Positions 46,909 through 58,066 of a stretch of DNA of 64,000 nucleotides are shown here, one piece after another. Within the stretch, counting starts at the first letter, position 1; each line of letters starts with the position of its first letter. Origin of the DNA: a virus (taxonomy: Duplodnaviria; Caudoviricetes); the IMG/VR virus record IMGVR_UViG_3300031994_000043, positions 32,001 through 96,000 of that record. The stretch is one strand, 5' to 3'. The notes below the pieces were generated by a model. The model was not told the DNA's origin and made no database searches. It was given only the letters and a program-made list of their open reading frames with translations. The position numbers and the translations under genes were made by a program.

Positions 46909-48737
46909 ACAGCACTGGCTTTCTGTTCACCTTTATCAGTAATAGCAGTGTTAGTCAAAATACCCTGTAGAATTTCGTTAGTTCTATCTATCTTTTCTGT
47001 AACTTGGTTTATATCAACCTGATAGTTCATTGTAATGTTTTGTAGATTATTGGTCTTCTTTCCATCAGATGCTTGAGCATTGTTTTGTGCTAATGAATTA
47101 CCAATTTCAATCTTGTTTTTCTCAATGCTTACTACAGCCAATTTGATGTCAGTTAACAAAGCAATAGTATCTAAACGCATTTGTTCAAATCCTTTAATGA
47201 ATTCATTGAATGGGTTACTCTGTTTAGCTTCTTCCTTTGTATCAGAAGAGAATAGTCCAGCTAATTTATTCTTAATACCAGTAGCAACATCAGCAACACC
47301 ACCAAAGATAGTCTTTGCTATATTACCAGCACCATCAAAAATTGAACCAATCTTATTAACTACATCACCAACGAAATCTTTAACAGCACGAATAATACCA
47401 AGCATTTCATCATAGAATTGGAATACTCTTACAAAAGCTTCTTCCATAAATTTAAAAACTTTTGAAGAATAAAGTTTATCTAACAAATAGTTAAATGTAG
47501 ATTTTAGATTTTCTCTAAATGTATCTCCGAGCAGATAGTCTTTAACTTCAATTAAAGTATCTTTAACTGATGTAAACAAATTCTCTAAAATACTTTCACC
47601 TTCTGCTTCGTCTCTGGTATCAGAACCAAAGAAACCACCAACAAGACTCTTAAATCCACTGACTACACTCTTACCAACTTCAACGGCAGTTCCAATAGGA
47701 TTTTTTATAAAATCTCGTAAAAGATTAACCATACCTTCAAATACAGGTTGTAATGCTAATACAACATCTCTAATTGGAGTAAGTAAAGTAATTAGAACAC
47801 CACTTATCATATTGAAGGTTTTATTTACTGTTTCAATAACATTCTGTGTGAAAGTAAATATACCAGCTAAAGTATTAGCAATACCACCTAAAATTCCACT
47901 GATAACAGTATTGATGACAGCATACAAATTAGAGAAGATGTTAATCAAGTTGGTAAACATTGTACCTAAAGGACCTTTAATCATATCAAGTATATCGGCA
48001 GCAATACCCAATACTCTACTAAAGATTGGTATTATCTTTTTGATTTCGTCTTTAAATAACAAAGTAAATAAAACGATAGCACCAATAATTAAGAACACAT
48101 AAGGACCAATAGCAGAGTGTAATGCAGCTACACCTTTCACTAACAATTTCGTAATGAATTTATCTGCCATAGTGAAAAATTTAGAAACAACACCAAGTAA
48201 TGCTCCGCCAATACCTGATATATCTGCTTTGGCTTTTACACCTGCAGTTGACATATTCTTATTGACATTGGCTTCTTTATTCCAAATCTTTGCTACCTTC
48301 TTTGGGTTAGACCATAAGCTAAAGAACTTACGCTTTAGTTGTTCGTCATTTTTTCCGAACAGTGTTTTAACGGCAGCAACCGGTTTCTTTGTTATATTTC
48401 TTAATTTCTCTTTAACGGCAGCTATTGGATTTAGATTAGCAATCTTTGTCTTCAATCCACTAAAAGCAGCAGAAATGTTACTGCCTAATGCTTTGAATGG
48501 CGCAGTAAAATTCTTAAATCCTTTATTGAAAGTATCTCCAATCTTATTTCCAAGTGAACTCAATGAGAACGATTTAGATAATGATGAGCCTAAATGGGAT
48601 AAAGCACTAGCAGTTCTATCCAATTTTGCAGGAATAGTTTCCTTCATAGCGGCAACATCGTTCATTGTTAAACGAGTATTATCTGCTATTTTAGAAAGCA
48701 ATTTTGTATTTGTGTTTATTGCGGCTGCATTATCCAT
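46896..48737 (-). CDS. tape measure-like protein
   Basis: Long amphipathic helical repeats with a hydrophobic segment. Confidence 0.55.
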   Translation of the reverse strand: MDNAAAINTNTKLLSKIADNTRLTMNDVAAMKETIPAKLDRTASALSHLGSSLSKSFSLSSLGNKIGDTFNKGFKNFTAPFKALGSNISAAFSGLKTKIANLNPIAAVKEKLRNITKKPVAAVKTLFGKNDEQLKRKFFSLWSNPKKVAKIWNKEANVNKNMSTAGVKAKADISGIGGALLGVVSKFFTMADKFITKLLVKGVAALHSAIGPYVFLIIGAIVLFTLLFKDEIKKIIPIFSRVLGIAADILDMIKGPLGTMFTNLINIFSNLYAVINTVISGILGGIANTLAGIFTFTQNVIETVNKTFNMISGVLITLLTPIRDVVLALQPVFEGMVNLLRDFIKNPIGTAVEVGKSVVSGFKSLVGGFFGSDTRDEAEGESILENLFTSVKDTLIEVKDYLLGDTFRENLKSTFNYLLDKLYSSKVFKFMEEAFVRVFQFYDEMLGIIRAVKDFVGDVVNKIGSIFDGAGNIAKTIFGGVADVATGIKNKLAGLFSSDTKEEAKQSNPFNEFIKGFEQMRLDTIALLTDIKLAVVSIEKNKIEIGNSLAQNNAQASDGKKTNNLQNITMNYQVDINQVTEKIDRTNEILQGILTNTAITDKGEQKASAVWSI

Positions 48738-48756
48738 CTATTATACCTCATAGTAT

Positions 48757-49563
48757 TTATAGCCAAAATACATCATTGAAGGACTGATTATCACTTTCGT
48801 CAATTCCGTTATCAACACTATCAAAACTTTGACCGTCAATGAATGATACAGAATTGTCAGTCAACAAATTATTTCCACTACCATAACTTTGGTTTTTAGG
48901 GCCACCCATCCAGGAGTTTCGTTCACCTTCCCAATCGTATTTGTGTGCTTCAGCTTTGAGAGCTTGTATGTAATCTTTCATAGCTTCTTCACGGGTCTTT
49001 ACGATTTCTCTTTGTTCTTCCTGGAACTCTTTTTCTACTTTATCTAATCGTGCTTTCTCTTGGTTAGCAGCAATAGAAACACAAGCAGGACTACAATACT
49101 TTCTGTAACCTTCCGATATACTAATAAAATTGGTTGGTTTGCCACACATAGGACAAATACCATCTCCAGGTTTCTTATCGTATCGGTCGTAATAGTCCTT
49201 AACACTTATGTTGTGTGTATTAAGATGGTAGAAAAATCTACGCATCATAATCTGCTTTGTAGAACCAGCTATGCTGAAACCACAAATTTTACATTCTTTT
49301 GTACAAGTTTCATTGTTCGGGTCATTGGCTTTGTTTGTGTTCGCCATTCTACAATTTTCACATTTCTTTTTATATCCTTTAGACATAGAAATGAATGTAG
49401 TAGGCCCGCCACATACTTCACACTTTCCATCTGTAGGTCCAGCTACATACTTATCATAGTATTCTTTTATTTGTAACTGATGACTAGAACGAAGGTGTTC
49501 GGATAATGCCTTCTCAGTCACAAATGGATGTCCACATTCACGGCACTTATAAACGAGTTTCAT
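48757..49563 (-). CDS. multi zinc-finger protein
   Basis: Two units of C2H2 + K(E/D)YYD(K/R)Y + CxxCG.PT.FIS...GY.K.C. Confidence 0.7.
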   Translation of the reverse strand: MKLVYKCRECGHPFVTEKALSEHLRSSHQLQIKEYYDKYVAGPTDGKCEVCGGPTTFISMSKGYKKKCENCRMANTNKANDPNNETCTKECKICGFSIAGSTKQIMMRRFFYHLNTHNISVKDYYDRYDKKPGDGICPMCGKPTNFISISEGYRKYCSPACVSIAANQEKARLDKVEKEFQEEQREIVKTREEAMKDYIQALKAEAHKYDWEGERNSWMGGPKNQSYGSGNNLLTDNSVSFIDGQSFDSVDNGIDESDNQSFNDVFWL

Positions 49564-50160
49564 TTATTCCTCGTCGGTCAACAAATCTAAATCTAATGTT
49601 TCTACTTCAAATGTTACTGTGAACTTACTCAATTCGGATGTTTGACAGGTAAATTCGGCACTACTGATGTTACTCAAAATACAATGTCCGAATTTCAATT
49701 TTGAAATGACTTCATTGTTGTTAGACAAATTTATAACTTCAATCGTGTCAATACAGTCAAATCTCAAAAGTTCTTCACCAATTAAACTCTTTTTACCACA
49801 AGGATAACCATAACGCATATACATCGCCCAAGCATAAAATGCGTACCAGTTCTTTCTTGCTTCGTCTACTTGGAAGGTCATAGTGATAGTTTGTAATTCT
49901 CTAGCACCTATTGGGCTTGGGTGCTTTTGGTCTTCGTGTAAGTAAACAGAATGAAGAATTGGAACAGAAACATCTGGAACAGTAACGCTTTCAAGATACT
50001 GGTTCAAGTTGTTCATATTCAACTTCTTTCCTGTGAAATTTGGAAAATTACTGAAACGCACAATAAACTTGTTGTTATTGCTGTTGTTAATATCTTCAAC
50101 GAAATCTTGACCAGTTTCGTTTACAAATCCTATTGTATCTACGTTTTCTATTTCTTCCAT
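49564..50160 (-). CDS. tube-fold protein (gp19/gp3-like)
   Basis: ESVTVPDVS...ITMTFQVDE...FTVTFE. Confidence 0.6.
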   Translation of the reverse strand: MEEIENVDTIGFVNETGQDFVEDINNSNNNKFIVRFSNFPNFTGKKLNMNNLNQYLESVTVPDVSVPILHSVYLHEDQKHPSPIGARELQTITMTFQVDEARKNWYAFYAWAMYMRYGYPCGKKSLIGEELLRFDCIDTIEVINLSNNNEVISKLKFGHCILSNISSAEFTCQTSELSKFTVTFEVETLDLDLLTDEE

Positions 50161-50161
50161 A

Positions 50162-51487
50162 TTAAATCTCTAATTCTAACTTGACTTGGTTCTTTCGTAT
50201 TTTACCTGGATGGTCAGCAGAGTTTGTGATTGTTTGTATAATTTCGTGCCAATATATTGTACCTGATACAAATGCATTTCCAGCACTAAAATAATTTATA
50301 TCTTTAGATTGTATATCTTTGTTTTTATCAAATTCAAATGGTAATTCAATATACTTATCTGTGTATTCATCATATAAAGTAGATTTAACATTATCTTTAA
50401 TGAAATCAAATCCTCTTGCTGACTGACCACCATTTATCAAATCGTATGTTATACCACTCAACAAATAATCATTTGTGAAAGCAGAAGATTTAACAGTATA
50501 CAATGGTGTTGCTGAACTTTTTAATTCTTCAGGTCCATCTGTATACCATTTGTGTGTATTGTTATTGTATACTTGTTTATATCCATAAGCAGAAGAATCA
50601 AACGAACTTGTATTGTTTACATACAAATTATTAAGACCATTACCATCACCATTCCAGTCAAAATCAACTCTATCATATCCGTCAGGAACTACGTGTGGTT
50701 TGAAAACTGTGGTTTCTGTTACAGGGTCATCTGTATCTACTCTAGGCATTAAAGCACAATCAAACAATAGATTTTCACTATCATTTAATGTTATATTAAA
50801 ATTTGCGATACAGAAACCAACAAAACCTGTTGGGTCTAATTTGTGTGTAATTGGGTTATAGATGTTATAACCAGCATCAGGAATTGAACTTTTACCTTTA
50901 GTAACAACACGAATAATCAAAGTTTTGTTATCATCTAGCCAAAATTGAATACCATTTCTAATAAGTGAATAATCATTGGAGTTATAATAAGTTGGAATTG
51001 AATTAGTGAATACCTGATCATACAATAGTTCATCACCACATATTGTATGTGCTTTTCCTGTGCCTTCACAAGTAGGACATTCAATTACACCATCACCAGG
51101 AACAAAAGTACTTGGGTTATCACTTCGACCATGACCACCACATCTATCGCATCCTGCGGCAGGAAGTCTTGGTGGATAAAGAATACCTGTACCACCACAC
51201 TTTGTACAAGTTATTTTACCTGCGCCATCACAGCTCAAACATTTTTTAATTGTGTATTCTCTAGCATTTTTACAAATTTCAATAGTTGGTTCAGTATCTT
51301 TTTTGTATAATTCTTCAATAGCAAAAGTATCACCACCAGTAAGATAATCATTGATAAAGTATTCAAATTGTTCTTTAACTGTAATGTTAAAGGATTCTGA
51401 ATTAATGTTGATAGGGTTATCACTGTGAATAGTAATAACCTTCACCCATTTAGATTTTGGATCTTCTGTAATACTATAGGTTGCCAT
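50162..51487 (-). CDS. protein with DnaJ-type CxxCxGxG zinc finger
   Basis: CLSCDGAG, CTKCGGTG, CDRCGGHG, CPTCEGTG. Confidence 0.7.
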   Translation of the reverse strand: MATYSITEDPKSKWVKVITIHSDNPININSESFNITVKEQFEYFINDYLTGGDTFAIEELYKKDTEPTIEICKNAREYTIKKCLSCDGAGKITCTKCGGTGILYPPRLPAAGCDRCGGHGRSDNPSTFVPGDGVIECPTCEGTGKAHTICGDELLYDQVFTNSIPTYYNSNDYSLIRNGIQFWLDDNKTLIIRVVTKGKSSIPDAGYNIYNPITHKLDPTGFVGFCIANFNITLNDSENLLFDCALMPRVDTDDPVTETTVFKPHVVPDGYDRVDFDWNGDGNGLNNLYVNNTSSFDSSAYGYKQVYNNNTHKWYTDGPEELKSSATPLYTVKSSAFTNDYLLSGITYDLINGGQSARGFDFIKDNVKSTLYDEYTDKYIELPFEFDKNKDIQSKDINYFSAGNAFVSGTIYWHEIIQTITNSADHPGKIRKNQVKLELEI

Positions 51488-54237
51488 TATACACCATACT
51501 TATATGTTATCTTTAATCTAACAACAGGTATTTCATTATCCATACTGAAATTGACAATGTTGTTATTATCGTCTAATATGCTATCACAAAATGTTGCTTT
51601 GAATTGAGTGTACAAATCACGAACAAGTGTGTCAATCTGAGACCATCTATCACCATTAACATCTTCTTCGGAAAGGTCCACATTGTCATAGTAATTTTCA
51701 ATAATCTTTGGAACAAGATACATCCAGAATGCTTTTTCTGTTAATTGTGTTTCGTAAGTATTTTGTAGAATACCCTTACGCATAATAGTTTCGGAGCGTG
51801 TATTAGTACCTAATGCTTGTACGAAATATGGGAGTGGAATAGCACGATTAGCTTCATTAACTTGTGTAGCATTATTTACCCAATCCTGAATGAATCTCTG
51901 TGCTTCTTTTGCTTTATTAAGTGACAAACCATACTGATAATAGTTATATGTAGAATAGTTAGAAGTAGAATAGAAGTCATTACCATAAGATACAATAATC
52001 TTCAATTTAGAATTTGTACCCAATTTAATAGACTTTGGTATATCTTCTTTACCACTGAAATTAATGAAAATGTTGCTTTCTGTATTGTAAACATTTGAAG
52101 CATAAATATCTGCTTCATAGACATCTTTATAAACATTAGTGTTACTTTCATCAATAGAGTTCAATACAATACGAATACTCTTATTTGCGAGAGCATCAAC
52201 TTTCACTTCAGCACCAGTACTATCTACCAAAGGAATTTTAATTACATTGTATTCATAATTCTTTGAATTAGACAAAGTACCTTTTTCTTTATTGTTCTTT
52301 GTTACGTCATTGTTAATGTTATAGTAGAATATATCAGATATATTTGTTGTTTTTATATTGTAGTTGTATGTAACATCTTGTGCCTTGATAATATCAGATA
52401 CACGAATATCCAAATCCACAAAAGAAGTTTCTGGGCGACTGTTGAAGAATTTTACAATATCTGATTTGTAAATCTTTGTGCCGAAATTACAGTTATTGTC
52501 TAACCATTTGTAAATTTCGTTTTCCACATCACGCTTGTATTCTTGTAATTTAGACAAAGAATTGACTGTAACAGTACCTACAACATCGTAGTACTGAACG
52601 ATAGGTGGGAACGAATACATTTTACTATTCATAATCATTCTTGGCAAAGCATTATCACGAATAGTCTTAATGTTCTTTATCCATTGTTCAGATGGGTTAT
52701 TCATATACTGAACTGAATGGAATGAATCGTAACTCAAAAGATACTTAATGAAATCTGTCAAATGACTTAAATAACTATTTGAAGTTCCATAAACAGAGAA
52801 CACGCCAGATTGGTTTGTAGAACTATCTGTAAGCACATTTATTGGTGAATATACTGTAGATTTTGTATTGTACAAACTAGCTGCAATACAATAACAAATA
52901 CAGTTCTGTATGTACTTGTATGTAGTATCGCCACCGTGTTCAAAGTCTTCAATTTCGTCCTGACCCCAGGCTATTGCGTTCTTAACACGAATAGGTGAAC
53001 TTAGTCCTTTAAAATAAGAAATAAAATCTTGCTTTGTAACGAGTTTATTGTTACTAGCAAAATACAAAGGAGCATTATTCTTAATAGACTGTTGGTCTTC
53101 AAAATCAACACCATTAGCAATATCACTATTGAAAATGAGTTTAATGTTAGAACTCATGTCAATAGGTGTAGAGCCAGCGAATGTTGCCCAAATTTTATTA
53201 TTGACCTTTAGCTCGGAATTGGTTGTACCAACCTTATTTGCGTCGGCGCCATCACATTCAATATACTGAATATAAATGTTTTGGTCTTCTTTGTTCAAAC
53301 CATTAGAAGCAACCACACCATCACCAAATCTCAAACGAATAGTCTTGTCACTGTTTGTAGTCAATGAACAAACATTAAGTGTATCATCTCTAGTCTTGTT
53401 TACTTTTTCTTTTTGAACTTCTTTATTCAAATAGATAGAAACATCTTCAATATCATACAAGTTAACATCGGCAAATGCTTCGTCTTGTGTTTTACCGATA
53501 CCAACTTTACACCAGGAATTCTTCTTAAAGAATTGGTCTTTATACCATCCATTAGGGTCACGCTGACCATACCAGTTACTAAATTTTAAATTATCAATAT
53601 CGTAGAACTGGTAAGATTTACCCAACTTACTTGTATTAGAAACGCCATAAATTGTTTCTACTTTAACTTCGCCCTGGAAAACTTTAATTGGAATTAAGGT
53701 CGCATCATTGTATAACTTTTCACCAGACAATTCAATATAGTTTACAGAATCGGCTGGTTTAGAGAAATACAATGTTTTAGACCAAGTTGAACTCTGACCA
53801 TCCTCAATATCTTTTCTTGTGAGAGTATAAGAATAGTCAGTATTCAAAATATATTTCTTACCATTATAAGTTAATTCCATTTCTTCTTGAGGGAAGTAAA
53901 TGGTAGCCATATTAGTAGCCATAAGAGACTGTGGCAAAGGCCCACGCAAAACCACAGCAATTTCTGCTTCAGCAGGAGTATTACGAATAGGATTATACCC
54001 AAGGTTTTTGCCGTGTTTAATCACACTACTATCCAATTTAGCAGTGTCAATAAATGCTTCTTCAGCAGTTCGTTCCATATAATAGTTAGTCATATCAGCA
54101 GTTGCTACTAGCATTTCCATAAACAAGTTATAAATGCTAGCTGATGACATATTCTTGAAGCGTGGGTCATTCTTCAAGCGAGCGGTAAAATCTTCCAGCA
54201 TCTGCTGGTATGTAATACGGGTATAATTCTTGTTCAT
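51487..54237 (-). CDS. baseplate wedge subunit (T4 gp6-like)
   Basis: EAFIDTAKLDSSV...LGYNP, RFGDGV, QSIKNNAP...LVTKQDF. Confidence 0.85.
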   Translation of the reverse strand: MNKNYTRITYQQMLEDFTARLKNDPRFKNMSSASIYNLFMEMLVATADMTNYYMERTAEEAFIDTAKLDSSVIKHGKNLGYNPIRNTPAEAEIAVVLRGPLPQSLMATNMATIYFPQEEMELTYNGKKYILNTDYSYTLTRKDIEDGQSSTWSKTLYFSKPADSVNYIELSGEKLYNDATLIPIKVFQGEVKVETIYGVSNTSKLGKSYQFYDIDNLKFSNWYGQRDPNGWYKDQFFKKNSWCKVGIGKTQDEAFADVNLYDIEDVSIYLNKEVQKEKVNKTRDDTLNVCSLTTNSDKTIRLRFGDGVVASNGLNKEDQNIYIQYIECDGADANKVGTTNSELKVNNKIWATFAGSTPIDMSSNIKLIFNSDIANGVDFEDQQSIKNNAPLYFASNNKLVTKQDFISYFKGLSSPIRVKNAIAWGQDEIEDFEHGGDTTYKYIQNCICYCIAASLYNTKSTVYSPINVLTDSSTNQSGVFSVYGTSNSYLSHLTDFIKYLLSYDSFHSVQYMNNPSEQWIKNIKTIRDNALPRMIMNSKMYSFPPIVQYYDVVGTVTVNSLSKLQEYKRDVENEIYKWLDNNCNFGTKIYKSDIVKFFNSRPETSFVDLDIRVSDIIKAQDVTYNYNIKTTNISDIFYYNINNDVTKNNKEKGTLSNSKNYEYNVIKIPLVDSTGAEVKVDALANKSIRIVLNSIDESNTNVYKDVYEADIYASNVYNTESNIFINFSGKEDIPKSIKLGTNSKLKIIVSYGNDFYSTSNYSTYNYYQYGLSLNKAKEAQRFIQDWVNNATQVNEANRAIPLPYFVQALGTNTRSETIMRKGILQNTYETQLTEKAFWMYLVPKIIENYYDNVDLSEEDVNGDRWSQIDTLVRDLYTQFKATFCDSILDDNNNIVNFSMDNEIPVVRLKITYKYGV

Positions 54238-54240
54238 ATA

Positions 54241-55047
54241 TTATTTATTTGTAATCTTTGGCATAAAGTATTCTGGAGATAATGACAATGGAACTATTAC
54301 CTTATTAGTACAGTCACAAGGAATTTCAAAATAAGGTTTTACACCAAAATCTATATCAGCCATATAATTGCCGAAATTTGTAAAAGATAACGCATCAAGC
54401 TCACAAATGTAATTATAAGCCTTCATAATGGAAATCTTACTTCCGTTAATGGACTTAATGTAGCAAGCTATATTGAGTATCTGTTCATCAATTTCACCAT
54501 CTACAGTATACTTCTCAGGTTCACGCAAAATTTGGTTTTTAGAAATTTCGTTACCGATTGTTGGGAACCCGATTTCTATTGTATCACCATTATTCATTGT
54601 GTATGTTGGGTTGAAATCGTCCTGAATGTAATTGACGATAATATCCTTCATTTGTGTCTTGTACATAGCAGTCTTGCCACATTCTTTACAATTATACTTG
54701 ACATAGAAAGGATAATCATTATAAGTTAAATTTCTTAAATAGAAAATCAACCAAAATTTATCACCTACAAGAATATCGTTTACATTTATACCTTGTACAC
54801 AATGGGCAATAATACTATTCATTACACCATCAATAGTATCAGCAGTCAATGTAGACAAGTTCTTGATGTCAATGGTAGATAACTTCTTAACATACAAATC
54901 AGTAGCATAATACTTACCCTTAGATGGCAACAAGTCCTTATTCAAAGTTATCATATTCTTTTGTTGTTGAGCTGCAACCGCCATAGCGATTTGAGCCATA
55001 TCACCACCTTGTGGGATTTGAGTTTCGTCAATTTTTCTTGATTGCAT
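54241..55047 (-). CDS. second gp26-like baseplate hub assembly protein
   Basis: LPSKGKYY, GDKFWLIFYLR, CKECG, GFPT; similar to 22172-23053. Confidence 0.65.
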   Translation of the reverse strand: MQSRKIDETQIPQGGDMAQIAMAVAAQQQKNMITLNKDLLPSKGKYYATDLYVKKLSTIDIKNLSTLTADTIDGVMNSIIAHCVQGINVNDILVGDKFWLIFYLRNLTYNDYPFYVKYNCKECGKTAMYKTQMKDIIVNYIQDDFNPTYTMNNGDTIEIGFPTIGNEISKNQILREPEKYTVDGEIDEQILNIACYIKSINGSKISIMKAYNYICELDALSFTNFGNYMADIDFGVKPYFEIPCDCTNKVIVPLSLSPEYFMPKITNK

Positions 55048-55102
55048 TTTTTCACCTCACAATATAATTTTAATTTATAGTATTTATAAACGCAAAAAAT
55101 AA

Positions 55103-55122
55103 ACGGTCCCAAACGGGACCGT
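55103..55122 (-). terminator. terminator after the capsid operon
   Basis: ACGGTCCC-N4-GGGACCGT plus U tract on the minus strand. Confidence 0.7.
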
Positions 55123-55151
55123 CTATCTAAATCAAAGATTTATACCACCAA

Positions 55152-55508
55152 TTATGCTTCTGGGAATGCTTTCAATTCAGCAGTTGCATAATCGTCAGAG
55201 AAGAACAATTCTCCGGATACTGCAGATACAGCACCTTCAACAGCGTCTTCAGTGACAGGGGCCCAACCAGATTGTGGAAGAACATTGAGAACTCTCTTAT
55301 TCAATCCAGATGGTGTCTTGAGATTGAAGAAGGAATTATCAAAGCCATCAACACTTTCTTTATCAACAAATTCTGCTGCGGCAGATGCCAATTCAGTGTA
55401 GATACCATCCTTATAAGATGAAGCTACAAAGTAAGCAGAAATTGGGGCCTGTGGGTAATCGTTACCAATTTGGTACAAATCATTACCGTTAGATGTAGGA
55501 TTCTTCAT
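55152..55508 (-). CDS. hypothetical protein downstream of capsid (possible decoration protein)
   Basis: AAGGAG SD; co-transcribed with the capsid gene. Confidence 0.7.
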   Translation of the reverse strand: MKNPTSNGNDLYQIGNDYPQAPISAYFVASSYKDGIYTELASAAAEFVDKESVDGFDNSFFNLKTPSGLNKRVLNVLPQSGWAPVTEDAVEGAVSAVSGELFFSDDYATAELKAFPEA

Positions 55509-55554
55509 TATTATTTCTCCTTAAATTTAAATTGTTTGACTATTCCAGTTTAAA

Positions 55555-56889
55555 TTAGAATGTGAAACCTTCACCAGCTTTAGCCCAAATAGCACCAGTG
55601 TCGAACTTGAGCAAGCGGTAATAGTTGTCAGCACCCAACATATTGTTAGCGAAAGCATAACGGCTCATAACACCAACACGTGGAGAGAAGTCGTTAGGGT
55701 CAATAGCCTGATTTACTACACCAGTGACGTATGGGCAGAATACTACACCACAGTCGGATACGCCGGTACCCTTATAGGCGAGCAATACTTCACCATTATC
55801 AACACCAGTGAAAGCGTTTACAGCATAGTTATCACGGTAGACCTTGATAGAACCATTCAATGTACCAATTTCAGGTGTAGCGGTAGAGCCATTAACTTCA
55901 CCGGTAACCTTATTGAAGAATGGAGCAGCTTGCTGAAGAACAGAAGCCATATCTGGAGATACTACAGCGATATTAGCAGCAGCTCTACGAGTAGCAGTAG
56001 CAATATCGTTAGCAGTCTTAACAATGATACCTACGATACGAGAATATCTTTCCTGAGACCAACGGCCAACCCAACCATCTTGAACAGCATCGGCCTTGCC
56101 AGCGGTACAAACGATTGGCTTACAGATTGACTTACAACGAGCGATGGTTTCACGGTCAATTTCAGCAGTCATTTCGTACTGAAGAACATTAACCATTTCC
56201 TGCATCATTTCAACACCCTGCATTCTCTTAATATCTTCAGCAGATTCAAGAGAGAAGGAAGCAGCAAGTTTACGAGTCTTGGCAACGATGGACTGACGAG
56301 AGAACATCAAACCAAGTTCAGGAATCTTACCACGGAGACCTGTTGAGAAATCGTTGTGGGTCTGGATTTCGTCATACTTACCAGTAATCTTCCAAGCTTC
56401 AGCAGATTGTGTATCAACACCAGTACCTGCGTCAGGTTCACCACTTGTGTTAGCGGTAGAGCCAGAGAAACCAGAATATTCTGGAACAGCCTTCCAAGCA
56501 GCTTCAACCAATTTTTCAGGATTTGCTGCATCTTTATAAACATAACGAAGAGCGAATGCCAAACCAACTGGGCCAGAGAGTGGCTGGACACCAACTAGAA
56601 CGTTAGCAAACAACTGTGGGAATACACGGCGGACAAGAGCCAAAGAAATTGGAGCAAAGACAGCCTTACTGTCACCACCGTGAGGGATACCCTGGTCAGC
56701 ACCAAGTGGAGCACCTACACCCATTGTGAAGTCTTCGTTCAAAGCGGAGCCAACATCCTGACGGATTTGGTTTTCCATAAGCTTCTTCATGTTTTCACGA
56801 ATATACTTATCTTTAATACCATTGATTGATAGCTTTTCTTGACCCTGAGTAGCCAAGTTTTCTACCAATGTGTTTTTAATTGTATTCAT
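55555..56889 (-). CDS. major capsid protein (T4 gp23-like)
   Basis: LVRRVFP, GVQPLSGPVGLAFALR, AKTRKL, AEIDRE, FCPYV, DPNDFSPRVGVMSRY. Confidence 0.97.
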   Translation of the reverse strand: MNTIKNTLVENLATQGQEKLSINGIKDKYIRENMKKLMENQIRQDVGSALNEDFTMGVGAPLGADQGIPHGGDSKAVFAPISLALVRRVFPQLFANVLVGVQPLSGPVGLAFALRYVYKDAANPEKLVEAAWKAVPEYSGFSGSTANTSGEPDAGTGVDTQSAEAWKITGKYDEIQTHNDFSTGLRGKIPELGLMFSRQSIVAKTRKLAASFSLESAEDIKRMQGVEMMQEMVNVLQYEMTAEIDRETIARCKSICKPIVCTAGKADAVQDGWVGRWSQERYSRIVGIIVKTANDIATATRRAAANIAVVSPDMASVLQQAAPFFNKVTGEVNGSTATPEIGTLNGSIKVYRDNYAVNAFTGVDNGEVLLAYKGTGVSDCGVVFCPYVTGVVNQAIDPNDFSPRVGVMSRYAFANNMLGADNYYRLLKFDTGAIWAKAGEGFTF

Positions 56890-56964
56890 TTTTGATTCTC
56901 CTATATAAATGAGTTTTTGTTTTATATATTGTATTTATAATTTTTTTATTTGAAAATTTGTATG

Positions 56965-57945
56965 TTAATCTTCTTCCATATATCTAGCGGCTTCGTCAAG
57001 GAAACGATTAGATGATGGAGTCTGCTTTCTGTATTTTTCAGTTATTAAATCATCACGTTCAATAGCCTGTTCTGTTTTAGCAGCACGGGATACTGGGCGA
57101 GACTTCTTTTCAAACAAATTAGCACGATTGTTACGCATATTGATAGATTGTTCAGTAATCATTTCAACATAGTCATCAATGTCTTTCTTTGTTTCGGAAA
57201 GTGATTTGCTTTCAAAGAACTTTTGAACGCGGGCCTTTTGGGTAGCATCCAATCCATAGGTCTTTTCAGCGATAGTAGCCTTCTTGGTTGAATCTTCTAC
57301 AAGATCAATCAAACGCATATTTTCAGCAAGCTGCTTTTTCAATGACTTTTCCAATTCAGCATTTTCAGCTTTAGCTTCACGCAATTTCTTGGAACCAGTC
57401 AAATCCATTGGAACATACTGTTCTTCAAATAGGTGTTGAATACCTTCAATGATAGGTGCGTATGTTTCTGTCATAGCAGTCTTGTTAATAAGCTTTTCAC
57501 TAATCTTTTCGGAGATGTTATATTCAAGGTACTTGTCTAAACCAGTAATAACTTTTTCTTCAAGTGCTTCAAGTTCCTTACCATACTTTTCTGTGAACTT
57601 TTCGTCAAAATATTCATAGATGTACTGTTCAGCAGCTTCTTCCAACTTCTTACATTGGGTATCAAGCTTTTCTTGTGCCTTTTCAGTGATTTTGGCACAG
57701 CGTTCTTCACAATACTGGTTGGCGAGATTTTCCAATTCAACGGTTTTCTTTTCAACCTCTTCTTTGATTTTTTGATTACAAAATTCATCAGCTTTCTTGG
57801 CAATGGCTTGTTTTTCTTCTTCTAATTTTGCCTGAAGTCTTTCTTCTACTGCAGATTCAAAGGATTCTTTAATTTCCTGCAAATCTTCAGCAGTTAAAAC
57901 ACCAGCAAGTTTTTCAAGAATTTTATCCATTAGATTTTCCTCCAA
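56965..57945 (-). CDS. prohead core scaffold (T4 gp22-like)
   Basis: E/K-rich coiled coil with FESAV and LDKYLEY, directly upstream of the capsid gene. Confidence 0.85.
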   Translation of the reverse strand: MEENLMDKILEKLAGVLTAEDLQEIKESFESAVEERLQAKLEEEKQAIAKKADEFCNQKIKEEVEKKTVELENLANQYCEERCAKITEKAQEKLDTQCKKLEEAAEQYIYEYFDEKFTEKYGKELEALEEKVITGLDKYLEYNISEKISEKLINKTAMTETYAPIIEGIQHLFEEQYVPMDLTGSKKLREAKAENAELEKSLKKQLAENMRLIDLVEDSTKKATIAEKTYGLDATQKARVQKFFESKSLSETKKDIDDYVEMITEQSINMRNNRANLFEKKSRPVSRAAKTEQAIERDDLITEKYRKQTPSSNRFLDEAARYMEED

Positions 57946-58017
57946 TTTACTGTGAACATTTTTGTGTTATACACAATGTATTTATGAAAAATTTTACGCA
58001 ATTTTTTGTTGCTTTAA

Positions 58018-58042
58018 AAAGGGACTAACAAGTAGTCCCTTT
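58018..58042. terminator. intrinsic terminator
   Basis: AAAGGGACTA-N5-TAGTCCCTTT. Confidence 0.75.
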
Positions 58043-58066
58043 ATTTATATTTGAATTTGTATGTAA

